A program made the position numbers and the translations under genes. DNA of 63,991 nt, the filler included, from Hausera hauseri (Eukaryota): assembly GCA_046269625.1 (NCBI GenBank). It is 13 parts of 13 records of this genome, joined end to end, with 100 filler letters (N's around TTAATTAATTAA, not from the genome) between each part and the next. Parts side by side here need not be neighbours in the genome. Positions count along the whole stretch, not along the records: positions 10,046 to 14,058 come from JBJURY010820086.1; positions 14,159 to 21,940 come from JBJURY010903757.1; positions 22,041 to 26,942 come from JBJURY010397701.1; 10 more parts are not named here. The stretch is one strand, 5' to 3'. This document shows positions 10,500 to 24,180 of the stretch, one piece after another. The first letter of the stretch is position 1. Each line of letters starts with the position of its first letter. A model generated the notes under the pieces. It did no database searches. It was not told the origin of the DNA and saw nothing but the letters and a program-made list of their open reading frames with translations.

Positions 10500-12020
10500 C
10501 ATTGTTAATTCATAAAATTCTTCTGCATGTTGGGAGAAAATTGAAGAAGTGCCATATAACAAAACATTTAGAAACCCATAATGCATAACCTTTGTTTTGT
10601 TTGCAAAAATCTTTTTCATGTTATTATTCAGCATAAAATTTCGTAAAGTGGTAAAAATCCGCCTAGCAGTAATGTGATGTTCATTGTTTGTAAAAGAAAA
10701 TTAAGTCCATATTCTGACATTGAAAAAATCACTGAAAGTAATATTAAAACGAATCATGAAAATATCCGAGCACCAAACTTCCATATTTGAACATGAAATT
10801 CCGTGCATAGTTTTTGAAATTTGTATACATAATTCCCGTACCGCACAAAAGGGATGGCGAAATAATCAATCAAACACTTTTTATTTGAAAGAATATATCA
10901 ACAAGCCTTACTTGCAAATTCAGATGAAATTATCTTTTTCATTAAACTTGAATGACACCGGATGGTTGCCGATAGATAGCCCGTTGATTCTTTATCCTAA
11001 ACGATGAGGCTAAAAAGGTTAATTGGAAAAGCAATCAACCATATCGGACATAGATTTCAAGCACATAATAACTAATTTACCCATCCTCGAATTATTGTGT
11101 AATAATCGTCGTCGGATGAACATTGCCTCCATTAAAAGTTTCATATCGAGATAGTTTTTGATATATTCAAAATGAGTAAGTAACATGTCCATTAATTTAT
11201 CATTCCAGGAAACATCGTTAATGCAAATGCACTTTAATATTTCTGATTTCAAATTCGTATTCAACATCATAGAAATCAAATGTGGTTGTTGATTACCTTA
11301 AAAATTAATCAAAAGTAAATAATTTTTATTCCAAAAATTCCCAGACAACAAACTCACTGTAAATTTTGATAATTGGCCGAAGAATACCCTTCAACACAAA
11401 ACACTCATTATTATCCGACAATTTATGAATAGCCGAACATAATTCCCGTGAAAATGGTTTATGTAGAAGACCAATCTAGAACACATAAAATACAAACATC
11501 GTCATTTCAAACCAACTTGACATTCAATAAGTCGTTCAAAAATGAATATCAAAACAAAATTGTCCAAACATTTACACGGCAATAGTTTTTCAATTATCAA
11601 TGCTAAATTTGATTCAGAAATTTCGGGTAAATTACAATTTTTCAACACTTGAAATGCCTAAACAAATTTCTAATGAAGAAAATTATAATTTGTAACCTCT
11701 ACATAACTTAATTTTGCTAGATCTAAGTAAACATCAATTTTCCCATCGAAAAGATCATTTGACAATTTTTTAATTAACTAGAGAAAATTCAATTAAATTA
11801 TTTATTACGTTTAATACAAACTTCTCCACAATCTAAATTGATAATTAAATATTTGTACGCCTAAGTATTTAAATAACCTGAATGCGAAAGATCTGGATTT
11901 TGATAGTTTGATGAATTTAACTTATCGTACTCTCCAACTGTAACAAAAAATAAAGTATTTAACATTTCGAATGAATGGAATTCGTATATTCAATATTTTA
12001 AATAATTCTTTTTGACATGT
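10500..12020 (-). pseudogene. Possible decayed host leucine-rich-repeat-like coding remnant
   Basis: Fragmentary LRR-like peptides (LKNCNLPEI, RINGLSIG, AVRELCIQ) in AT-rich DNA; no continuous frame. Confidence 0.2.
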
Positions 12021-14309
12021 GTATAGAAATTGCAAACCATAAGACTATATATACTATATATCGAGTGAATAATACATGTGATTAACAGAAAACTAGATCA
12101 ACAGGTCTAAATTTCCTGATTTTGATTTAAGAACTAATTTCTTTTATTTTTATACTACAACATCGAAGTTTTATTGAGGTTTGTCTAGTATCTATAGAAA
12201 TATATTTTGATATACTTAACCATTCGGTGAACCATCGGGTGAATGTGGTATGTACAATATAACCAGGATATCATATAAATGTGTTTCGAAAAGAATCTAA
12301 TTATTTCCTACTTTGGTAGTTGGCCCGAGTTAGATGTATTTTAGGACTACAAGCAAACACCTACTATTTTGGGGCTATTTCATTGGAAATTTATTATATA
12401 AACACCTATAAAGTTAAAATTTCAATGGAACTATCATTTTAGTGACTAACATCCAAATGTAAAAATATCCGTATGCGTAGATAATATCATGGGATTGCAT
12501 AACTAATTTTAGTAAATGCGTTTAGTAAGTTGCCAGAATTTTTTATAGGATTCTGAGTCAAACAACTAATATAAAAATTGCTTCATTTTGGATGTTTATA
12601 GTTAAAATATGATATGCATACATACATATTTTATATTTTGCTCTAGAAACTGGATAAAACGTCATACATGTTCCATAATTTGTATACTAAAAGATAAATC
12701 TAAATCGACACCTCATTCGATGGACGAAAAATATATTTTTCTCAAAACATACCAAGAAATGGCATTTATAATTTCAATGCATAAAAATATTCCTATTCAT
12801 AAAGTTATTCCAATATATACAAATCAAAATTCTCAATATAAAATAAATCGAGAATAAGTCATTTTCAATCAAAATTTCGTTATTCATGTCTTTGTAACAT
12901 ACATAATAGCCCCGATCTTTTACTAACCACCATGGTTGGTAAATTTTTAGATAATTTCAATAAATTTATGGGCAACATTTGAAGGTCATTTCTGTATTTG
13001 CATATTACTCAGTGGACAAAATTGGAAAGTTCACTATGAATTACCCAACATTTCATCAATAATCTATATATAAATATTAAGTTTAATTCAGCAAAAATTA
13101 CACAAACAAAGTATTTTCATGGAAATTTGTAATATTTCGCGAACGCGAATGAATGAAACATTTTGTTCATTACAAAATAATAATGTTCCGTTAACAACAA
13201 CTGCAAATAATGTATTGACAGATTGCTTCAGTGTTCCTAGTTGCAGACATTGCTGTTTCAACTGTATTGATAGTTATTTGGTTAACTGGGGTAAATGGTG
13301 TCCCAGTAGGAATGAAGAATGTCTGCAATGGCCCACAATGCCCATCGATGGTAGCTGCGTATTTGCGGCAGGATTGACAATGAAGTAACACACGGAATGA
13401 TGTTGGTTCGTCGTATTTTATGGATGAATGAGGAAATGCGGCATAAATTGGTAATTCTAACTTGATGTTCATTTCGTTTTATTTGTTTCATGCTCACGTG
13501 TAGACTGAATGTCGCAATGAAAATGATTTACTGACTGCCACTGTTATGGAATTGCGCCAGAAATTGGATTTAATTGTGTCGCAACAAGTGTGTTTGTCTG
13601 TCTGTTGATTATTATTTATGGCATGCGCATGATATTCTTAACTTAATTAGTTAATTTTTATTGAATTATTTTACTTAAAATTTGGTTTGTTTTACTTAAT
13701 ATCTCTTTCCATACAGTTTTGTGTTTATTTAATTTATCTTCATTAATTTCTAGTTTTAATTTTTTTATTATTTAATTTATTTAGTTTTCTTAATCAGTTT
13801 TTTATTTAGTTATTTACTTCTTATTCAATTAAATTAATTAATTAAAATAATTTTATTAATAAGACAAAATACTGGTGATATACGAAATATATTGGTAATA
13901 CAAGTAAAATGTGGTCAATATATGGGTCATATGTAGGTAAAATATGAGTTATATTGGTAATGTATAGGAAAATATGCTTGTGATATGGCTATGTTGAGAC
14001 ATTTAGATCTATATTGAGCCATGAGGAGATACATAGGGATAAATGTTATAACAAAATTNNNNNNNNNNNNNNNNNNNNNNNNNNNNNNNNNNNNNNNNNN
14101 NNTTAATTAATTAANNNNNNNNNNNNNNNNNNNNNNNNNNNNNNNNNNNNNNNNNNNNTCGCTAAACCATCGACACGGCCTACCTCCACACAAGTTACTC
14201 AAATACCAGGTTGCGTTATGCGCAACTGGCCAAGTTATCGACACGTACCACCTCGACACTATCCACCAACATGCTTGGCTGCACATGGCACAAACGCCAC
14301 AATAAGATA

Positions 14310-14365
14310 GGTGGGAATCGAACCCACAAGACCGAAACCGGCGCTCACCATGCCATTTTTTATGG
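14310..14365 (-). repeat. tRNA-derived (SINE-head-like) fragment
   Basis: Perfect T-arm/B-box GTGGG-TTCGATT-CCCAC at 14311-14327 (minus); no complete cloverleaf. Confidence 0.4.
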
Positions 14366-15829
14366 GTGACGAGTGCGCCCCATGCAGCCTCGAAGTGTAC
14401 AGTGTCGACGTTGTGAACGCGATAAAACTTGCCACACGCAGCACGACTAAAGAGACGCCAGACAGTCGTCGGTCTCGAAACCGCTATCAACGAGGTTCAA
14501 AAAGCGCTAAATCTATTTTGTGGGGAACAGGGAGGCCTGAACAGAAGGTAATACCGTGATTAAAAACAAGCTGTATAATCCTACTTTATGATTATCTTTG
14601 CTCTAGTGATAATCGAACACTTCTAATTAACAAATCTCTTCATCAGACAGCCCTTTACGGCATTCTACGCCATGATATTCACGTACATGCTATACATCAC
14701 TTACAACGGAGCAGGCAACTTAGGAAAGTTTTGAAATTAATTCAAAAGGAATTAATAGCTGATAAACCATTCACAGCAAAAATCATTTGTACATCACTTA
14801 GCCTTTCAACAGGTGCTGGGTTTAAAGCTGAATCTTAAATACTTACTAACAATTCCATGGGTGTGTTTAAGAATACTATCGCATTAATTTTTCAGATAGC
14901 ATTAAAAGGTGTAAACAATCCAGATAACATTCATACTTTTGAATACCAAATTTCTCCAGACCTACTTTTACTCAAACGAATCACTAGTTACTTGGAACCA
15001 AACCATTCTAAATAAATATCAATTAAAAATCATCATAACAGCGCAAAAAACCTTGTGATCCACACAAACTGCACCATTTTTCTTACTATTTCTCATTCAC
15101 ATGAATTACTAATTACTTATCATCAGTCTGTGAATACCTTGCTTAGAATTAACGTCGCGTGTGACACTTAAAAATCGAATTTTACGCAGCTCAAAACACC
15201 ATCTAACCCCGCCAATATACTTCATATCCCTAAGCAACTGTATACCAACCTCAAATTTTGCGATACACGAAAAATATTTACGGCAAACTCGGAACAATAT
15301 TATTGTTCATTGTGTAAAAACTCTCATGGTGGTAAGGCATGTCACTCCCTCATCAATATTCACATAGTTCTGCACGCTTCACCCAGTCATAAATGGTCAC
15401 CCTCCAATGATACCAATCTATTCCGAAAATTCCAAAAAATTATAATCCAGTACTTATACTCCAAAATAATGTTCAATACTCAATTGACGTCTGTCCTTCT
15501 TGGCATCCCACCTGTTTTTGCGTTGTCGGCTCCATGATCCCCAAAGTGGTATATGTCTATCGAGAACTTAAATCCGTTAGTCATATAAATACATACGAAT
15601 ATTCCACAAAAGCCACACTTTTAAACCCTACCAAAGCCGCTCATTCAAGTTCATTGATTGGAGCAACAAATACCGCAACCAACCTCTCACCTACGAGCGC
15701 TGACTGCGGCTTGGCGACACTTCCCGTTGATCTGTCGGCTGTACAACCAAGGCGTTGTCTGGTTGAGAGCCTGAGCACGCCCGCCCCCTACGCGCTCCAA
15801 CAGTCCTCCGGCATTACGTTACATTCCCT

Positions 15830-17118
15830 TTGCTTTTTTATTTTTCTTAACAACAAACACGTCTGTACACTAAGTGCTACATACAAACATACTGAACACA
15901 CTTTGCTCTTCATTACCTTCTTTCTTCGGCACCTCAGACTTGTACTTCTTGCATAATGGTTTGACCCTGCTCTCTACCGACTCTCTGTCATCCTTTACAC
16001 TTTGCAAACATCCGATCATTCATCTCACTCTCCATTTTCGTATCCGGGGCGGATCGGACCCTGATCATTCTGCTAAAATTTCACCAAAACCAAATCTGGT
16101 CGCCGCCCTGCTGACTCTACACAATCTGCTTCTCTTAATCTTCCTTGTACGAAGTTTTTTCTCGATAAAACTAACTTAAGTCGCACCTGGCTACAATTTC
16201 ATTTACAATGGCTTAAAGCCAATTACATTACCGATTCTTTCTTGCATGCCAACAACGTGTTACTTATTCTCCCAGCAAATATCAAGCAGCAAATCAATAA
16301 TCTTGCTGATATTCTTACTTCTTCAACACCGTACGACATGCTTTACCAGTCTGTACTCCATATTACAGATCCATCGATCGATAATATAATACAAAAATAC
16401 TTTAATGAGCATGTTATAGGCAATCAAAAGCCTTCTGACTTTCTGCAGACATCTAATTCACAAATAAGTGCTCTTGAAGTTACTCCCATTAACAATGCAG
16501 ACTTGCTTCGTCGTTTTTTCCTTTCCTCTTTGCCTACTTCCATTAGGGCACTTCTTACTGTCGTCGACGACTACATAGACATTCAAAAACTCGCCATAAT
16601 GGCTGAGAAGAGTTTTGAAATTCTTCAATCGAATAATACGTCGCCTATAGAGGCGGCAACCACTTATACGCCATCACAGCCAGACACCATTTTATTTTCA
16701 CAACAACTGCAGATGATTCAGAAACAATACGACACATTGCAACAATCAATTTCGGCGATTACGGCCCAAATTAGTAATTTATCTGTATTTCGACGAGGTG
16801 AGACTCGTGTTTCGCGCGATCAAAACATCTCCAGGCACTCATTTCGATCCAGATCTCGAGGCAAACCAATGATTAGCTTTTATCATACTAAATTCTGCAG
16901 AGACACAAAGAAGTGTCTCTTGGGCTGTCGATTTTACTACGAACGGTATGCAGTAGACATCCCTATCTGCATTTATCACACTAAATATCAATCGCAGGCT
17001 AGGTTATGTGTGCCGGGATGCAAATATTATAAAAAACTTCAATTTTTCTCCACCTTCTCCTCCTCCTCATTTTTCTTTTCATTCTTCTTCTTTTTGCCAA
17101 CAATCCTCAAAAAACTAA
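15830..17118 (+). pseudogene. gag: Ubiquitin-like domain plus Gypsy Gag (three frameshifts needed)
   Basis: LYFLHNGLTL...IIHLTLHFRIRGG with GG at 16048-16053; Gag frame open from 16077; reconstructed end ...QQSSKN* at 17118. Confidence 0.7.
17109..17118 (+). promoter_or_regulatory. -1 ribosomal frameshift site A AAA AAC followed by TAA
   Basis: X XXY YYZ heptamer at the gag/pol boundary; the -1 frame stays open towards the protease. Confidence 0.65.
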
Positions 17119-17218
17119 CAACACCACCAGATGCCACGGCACATTCTAGTATAGGCAATACCGTTCAGTCTTCTGGCCGTCTGAACACCGCCTCTGCAGT
17201 TTTCAGCTAAGACCTGCA

Positions 17219-20200
17219 TTGTTCTCTAGCGATGTTTCACACGTCGACTTCCTTATCGATTCAGGAGCTGCCTTTTCGCTTCTTTCTTTGTCCTTTACTC
17301 CTGCATCTACTATAGTTTCTTGTTCACCGCTCTTCACTGCCAGCTGTCAACCGTTGCGCATCGCAGGTACCACGGAACTGGTTTTCGCATTCGCCAATTT
17401 TCCAGACAAGCTTGTCTGAAAATTCCACGTAGCTAATATTAAATTCCCATAATTGGCTCAGATTTTCTGGCCGCACACGATGTGCTAGTTGACTGCAAGT
17501 AGAACTGTCTGCTACGCAGACACTTCATCGTGGATGCTAACAAATATCTACCAAACAACCCACTAGAAACACCGTTGTTTTCTGCTGTTCTCACGTATAA
17601 ATTTGAAAACTTGTTCGTCGGCTGATAACGGTACATTTAGTAATTTATTAATTTTTTCAATTATAATTAACATATCTAAGTCGGTTTTAAAACAATCGAG
17701 TAAACGAAGTGTTGATGGTAGCAGTGGCGGTCGTCCTTCGTCAATACCGTCCACTATCGCTTCTGATGATATGCCTTAATCATTCTCATTGCTGAATTCC
17801 AATCTCAAATCCTACATCATTTCTTCTTGTTTCCTCACACTAAAAGGGACTGTAACTTTAAGCCTCCATCCACAACTTATCACCATATAGTTACCTATCA
17901 TAAAAGACCTATCAGACAAAAGGTCAGACCATTATCGCCTCATAGACGAAAAGCCGTGGAGTTGGAGTTTAACGAACACGAAAAATCTGGTATCGTTTGT
18001 AGGTAAAAATCTCCATGGACCTCACCACTGCATGCAGTAACAAAAAGGATGGCACTTTCCGGCCATGTGGCAACTACTGTGAAGTAAACAATCTAACCAT
18101 CATGGGTGCTTACCCGTTACCTCTCATACAGGACATCCTGTACAGTCTTAACAAAACCAATACGTATTCCACTATCGACCTGCACAAAGCCTATCATCAA
18201 ATTCCAGTTGCACATGACAACATTCCAAAGACTGCTGTTATTACTTCATTCGGTCTCTATGAGTACATCTTTTTGCTATTTGGCATACATAGCGCTTCCC
18301 AAACTTTCAACGACACATTAATACCGTTTTCTCAGGCCTTGCCTTTGCTCATCCATACATTGATGACATTAGTTGCCTCCACATCTATTAAACAACATCA
18401 AGAACACCTCTGTATTATCTTTCACAGACTACATCACAGCAATTTACAAGTCAATTTCTCCAAGTGTCATTTCTTTCAAACGCGTTAATTTCTTAGGCCA
18501 CATTATCATTCCTCACGGTCACTCTCCACAACCGGATCGACTACAGCAAATAAAAAACATAACGCTACCAACGACTACAACGGATATGAGGAGTTTCTTG
18601 GGCACACTCCATTTCATCCATAAATACATACGCATCTCTCTGAGCTTGTAGCACCTTTCGCACTTTTATCATCCGGAAAGAAGGCAGTTAATCCACTAGA
18701 CTCCTGATTTAATCTCCTCACTGCTAAGACCCAAAAACCGCCTACCCAAGACCCAACGCAGATCTAATACTCACCACCGATGCCTCTACCACAGCTTCCG
18801 GTGCAGTACTACACCAGATTTCCAACGGCATCGACGAACCATTAAAATTTTACTCTAGAAAACTCACGCAACCCGAAAGCCGTTACTCAACATTTGACCG
18901 TGAGTTATGAGCCACAGTTCTGGCAGTAAAACATTTCATAACCTACTCTATCGTTTATTCGTTATTCAGATTGATCACAAGCCTGTCCTGCATATTATAT
19001 CTCTAAAACAACCATCGTCGAGGCAAGAACGACATATATCATACCTATCTAGATTCAGTTTTGTTTCAAAAAAAATTTCAGGTACAGACAATTTAGTTGC
19101 AGATTTTCTGTCGAGGTCGGTTAGTTCTATTACAGTTGAGCCGATATTCCCATCCAAAATCTTAAAGGCCAATCAGCAATCTGCTGACTTACTCAGCTCT
19201 TTCAAATCCTTTGAGATCATTGATGACATTGCATATAGTACGTCGAACTTCGGTTATAAAAAGATTATTCTAACTCCACCTTTACAAAAGCCAACTTTCC
19301 TTCGTACGCATTCACTCCATCATCCGGGTTCAAAAGCAACCATTCGCCTGCTTTAACGTCATGTAGTTTGGCCATCAATGCGCAAAGATTTACAGAGCTG
19401 GGTTAAGGAATGCGTAGCTTGTCAAAAATACAAAATCATCAAACATCTTAAACCGCCGCTTTACCATTTCCTCTGTACATCACGTTTTCACACCGTTCAT
19501 CTTGATCTCGTTGGCCCTTTACATTCTGACAACGAGCATCAACATATTTTTACTATGATGAATCGTGCTTCTCACTGGCCTGAAGCCGTTCCTCTTTGTT
19601 CAACGAACATTGATTCAGTAGCTGATGACTTCATTAAAATCTGGATTAGTCGTTTTGGTTCGCCATGTTATATAATAACGGATAAAGGTCCGCAATTTGA
19701 ATAGGGACTCTTCAAATAACTTGTTAAACGCTTGGGATATCCCATTTGCACACAACACCATATCATCCTTAACAAATGGACTCCTTGAAAGGTTCCATCG
19801 AACAATGACAATTTCTTTAAAAATCTTGGCAAACAATCATCGTAATTGGTCGTCCATTCTACCATCTGTTCTACTAGGGTGGCGCAACATACCCTCCACC
19901 ACCACCAGTTGTGCTCTAGCTGAGGAATTTTTTGAGACTCCAATGCGGGCTGTGTTTGAACTTTCCGACCTCGACAACAATCCCACAGACGAAAACATTA
20001 GTGCGACACAGTCTCACTTCATCGATGTCTGCTTAGACTTGTTCTGCGTCTCTTTAGCAATAACAAATCGTACATTCCGAAGGATTTATACTACGCCAAG
20101 TTTGTGGCTGAAGGATCAATCGCCTTCGGGTTTTAGACCTCAATATGGTGGTCCATACAAACTCCTTAATCTCTCATCTCATCCAGCTACCATTTTACGA

Positions 20201-20245
20201 CAAGATAAACCTTACAACGTTCATATTTTGAATCTAAAGCCCACT
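17219..20245 (+). pseudogene. pol: Gypsy pol (PR-RT-RH-IN), fragmented
   Basis: ORF fragments at 17219, 18015, 18907, 19378 and 19697 carry successive pol motifs. Confidence 0.9.
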
Positions 20246-22040
20246 TTCTACATTGATGACACTCCGGATGCCAATTCTACTCTCAATTCAAACTCAACTC
20301 TTACTCCTTTCATTCCGTCCTCAAACTTTCTTTATGACTTTGCGCCATTGCAGCAATCACTTTTCTGTCACACTTTATCATTATCATTTCCGCCGTCATC
20401 CTTCTCTTCCTTCTCTTTCATCATCTCCACTACATTCTTCAACTCCATTACACTTTTCACCTACATCGACTGTTTCATTGACTTCTCTTTCATCGCCTTC
20501 ATTTTCATTGCCTCTTTTGCTTGACTTATTTTCTTTCTCACCTTCACAATCTTCATCACAAGCAATACGGGATATTGAACTAGAAAATCTTGCAAAACTT
20601 CTACCATAAAATGTCGCTCAACAGCCAAGAACAAATCAATCAAGTAAGGCACGCTGAGTGACATTTAGTACATATAGTAAGGAAAAGTCCTTAGATGGTA
20701 TACAACGCCTGATACATACTAAAACCGAATAGGCATTAAACACTGTTCCTTTGTTGCGAGTTACTGTTTTTATCTTTGTTGCTTTTATCTTTCCTTTTAA
20801 CTCTGCATAGTTTCTATTTTGCCACGGGGATGATATGGTGCCGCGGTCATAGACACAACTGTCGTGCCATAACCAGATTGCGATGGTTGGAATGCTGTCA
20901 AGCCGTTTCCAGTCAATATTCTCCACTCAGAGTAACACTGAATTGACCAGGCTATTCGTCAGCGGCATATACTTTCAAAAGACATTCAAAAATTAAATGG
21001 CAGCAGAAATAAACAAAACCTTATTTTCCAATTTCATAAATTTCTTATGAAATCCAACATATTCAAGATTTAAAATATGTTATTCACGTTGCATAAACAT
21101 GGCCATTCATGGGCCGGACTTCCTCCTTCGTTTTGGATTTTTATCATTCTCCTGGTGTTGATTTTCTTATTACTCTTGTCCAGTCATATATAACGAATAC
21201 TGCCAGCATAAAGATGATTACAACTTATCCATTTCCAATTCGGCAGGTGTCAGTGAAATTTGACGATCAAATTATCATTACATACCATCGACAAGGCAAA
21301 CTCATTATTATAGCGACTTACATTGAGTGATTCTTTATAAGTTCAATTATTTTATTCAAAAATGTATCTTTGTTTAGTTGTATTTCGTTGTATTTTTATA
21401 CGATCCAATATGTAGTTTCGCAGTCAGAAAACTTCGATTTTATATCCAAAGCCTTTCATCGGTTTGGTTTTTAAGAAAAGCCATGATTTAAGTAGCATAA
21501 TTACTGTAAATATTCCATACCTTTCAATAATGAATAAATTTGAGAAAACAGTAGTGGATTCACAAAACATTGCAGTGTGTGTTTGCGATAATAAAGTTTG
21601 TAAACATCTAGACGTTATTCATTCTTACAGCTGTTGAATGAACGATATGAATACTATTTGCAAAATATTTCTAAAGATTATATTTTCAAGAGCAATTACT
21701 GATATTTAAATAACTTTTGAAACGACTGCCATGGGTTGACATTTAATTACCGAAGTTATACGACCTTTTGTATATAAATTTTGTGTTGTAGTTTAAAATA
21801 CTGTACAAAGTAGAAATAATATATCGATTTTCTATTGATATTTATCTGAATTGAAATATCTTCATTTGTGGAACTTAAAACTAGATTCTGTACATTTCAT
21901 GAATTCTTCATCTATTTTAGGATATAAAGATTTTTCATCANNNNNNNNNNNNNNNNNNNNNNNNNNNNNNNNNNNNNNNNNNNNTTAATTAATTAANNNN
22001 NNNNNNNNNNNNNNNNNNNNNNNNNNNNNNNNNNNNNNNN

Positions 22041-24180
22041 AACTCTTACTGTTACACACCCCACACGCCATGGTATATATCGATGATGTAATAATAGCAT
22101 CATAAAATTTTCAACAACATCTAAAAGATCTGCAAGACCTATTCGATACGTGTGAAATTATGGGTCTGAATATAAACCCGAAATGTTCGTTTGCTCAAGC
22201 GGAATTAGATTTTCTTGGACATAGAGTAGACAGACACGGCGTAAAGCCTCAAGATAAATTATTGCGAAAAATAAGAGACTTCCCAAAACCAACTACAGTT
22301 AAAGCGTTACACCGATTCTTAGGTTTGACGAATTACTATCGAAGATTTATAAAAGATTTCAGCAAAATCTCAAAACCCTTATATGAAATATTGCATGAAG
22401 ATCTGGATACAGTAATTTGGACTAGGGGGTGTCAAAAAGCCTTTGAATATTTAAAACAAAGGTTGTTAACTGCTCCTATATTACGTTACCCCGATATGAA
22501 CAAGCAATTCATATTAGCTACAGATGCAAGCGATTATGGAGTCGGAGCAGTGTTGTCACAAAAGGGTGAAGATGGTAAAGTGCATCCAGTAGCGTATGCA
22601 TCACGAAAACTTAATAAGCACCAAAAGAAATACGCAGTAATTGAAAAAGAGTTGTTGGCAGTAATATTCGCTCTAGAAGTATTTTCACTTTATATTAGTG
22701 AAAATAAACCATTACTGATATATACCGATCATCGACCACTACAATGGTTGAAACAGCATAAAAATCCCAACAGTCGATTATTACGATGGGCTCTTAAACT
22801 GCAACCCCACACACTAAGTTTCCAGTAAAAACCTGGAACACGGAACGGCAATGCAGATTATTTATCCAGGATGACAGAAGATTCAAAGGTGAAGAAAGAG
22901 GTAATAGCAGCAGTTTGGAGCACGGATGGATAAGATAGAGAAGATCAAACAAAACGAACAAGATCTCGAAATAAAAGTAATCAGGAATTTTATACAGAAT
23001 AAAGTATTACCAACAAACAGAGAACTAGCCCGACATTTGGCTCGATTTAGCGATGCTTATGAAGAGAAGGACGGGTTTTTATATTACATCCACCAGGACG
23101 GACCGGCATTAGTAATCCCAAAGAAAAATAGAACAGCCTTGCTAACACAATATCACGATGGACTACTCGGGGGACACCAATCACCAAGGAAGACACTTAA
23201 TAAGTTAAAACGAAAATATTTTTTGGCTCACTATGACGAAGGACGTACAAGAATGGTGTGAAAGTTGTAAATTATGCGCTATCCGGAAAAACACCGGATC
23301 AAAATTTAAAGCACCTTTAAAGGTATGGGACAATCCCCCAGCACCATTCGAATTTACCGCAATGGATATAACGGGACCACTACCATTAACACGGAATGGA
23401 AATAGATATATTTTAGTCTTTATTGACTATTTCACTAAATGAGTTGTAGCCATACCCATGGCAGATATGAAGGCGGATACGATTGCTGAAAAGTTTGTGG
23501 AAAACGCAGTGTTTAATTACGGAGCCCCAAGAATTATTCTAACCGACCAAGCATCAAATTTAACGGGAATTGTGATGCAGTCTATATATGATATCTTAAA
23601 GATACTGAAGTTATGATCCACACCAGGACACTCAGAAAATAACAGATTGGTCGAGAGGTATATCGGAGATTTGAAAGGGAAATTACAAACAGTAGTCAAT
23701 ACTAGACAAGACGATTGGGATGGGTATGTCAAGGCATGTGTATTTGTAAATCGAACGTCAGTTCACGAAGCCACTAAAGAAACACCCTTTTATCTAATGT
23801 ATTTACGGGATGCAAGATTACTTATTGACTTAGACTTTAATGTGAGACCTGTCTCACACTTGATGGAAGTGGAAGACTACAAACAATTAATGCAAAAACG
23901 TCTCCAATTAGCCTACAAAACGATTGGCGGTAACCAAGAGGATTATAAATCCAAATACAAGAAATATTATGATAAGAAAACCAAGCAACCAAAAATTAAG
24001 ATAGGCAACCAAGTAATGTTATATTCTCCGGCACTTAAGAAAGGTAAGACATCTAAGTTAGATAGACCTTATAAAGGGCCTGTATGAAGTAGAAAAGGTA
24101 AATATGCCGAACATCTGTTTGAAGAAGAATAATACATCCGTGAAGATCCATGTTAACAGATGTAAACCAGCGGCCCGAGA
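22041..24180 (+). pseudogene. pol: Ty3/Gypsy pol (RT C-terminus, RNase H, integrase)
   Basis: VYIDDVII; FLGLTNYYRRFI; ATDASDYGVGAVL; IEKELLA; TDHRPL; HDGLLGGH...CKLC; MDITGPL; TDQ; GPY. Confidence 0.95.

Larger units (their letters stand above)
15712..20970 (+). mobile_element. Ty3/Gypsy retrotransposon, CsRN1/Kabuki-like clade, degenerate and near full length
   Basis: Gag with GNQKPSDFL and CHCC fingers; protease FLIDSGA; RT SPWTSPLHAV-KKDGTFRPCG, DLHKAYHQIPV; RNase H TDAS, RYSTFDREL, DHKP, ADFLSR; integrase HSLHHPG...CVACQ, HLDLVGPL, TDKGPQF, NGLLERFH, GPY. Confidence 0.93.

Noticed and set aside
13119-13497. Overlapping Cys-rich short ORFs
   Set aside because: No recognisable motif on either strand.
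13860-14058. Degenerate ATATTGGTAAT-like units as a CRISPR array
   Set aside because: Low-complexity, irregular, no constant repeat/spacer structure and no cas genes.
14310-14380. Functional tRNA gene
   Set aside because: Only the T-arm is present; no acceptor stem or anticodon arm.
20200-20609. Hydrophobic F/S-rich tail after integrase as an env TM
   Set aside because: Pyrimidine-rich low-complexity sequence read through frameshifts; the alternative frame is simply Ser/Pro-rich.
20839-20967. TGCCGC...GCGGCA after a purine tract as the 3' LTR of the CsRN1-like element
   Set aside because: Termini and PPT position fit, but the internal sequence does not match the region before the putative PBS at 15712, so no LTR pair can be shown.
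21000-21940. LRR gene (LSELKYLHLWNLKL near 21842-21885)
   Set aside because: One LRR-like peptide only; no continuous frame to support a call.
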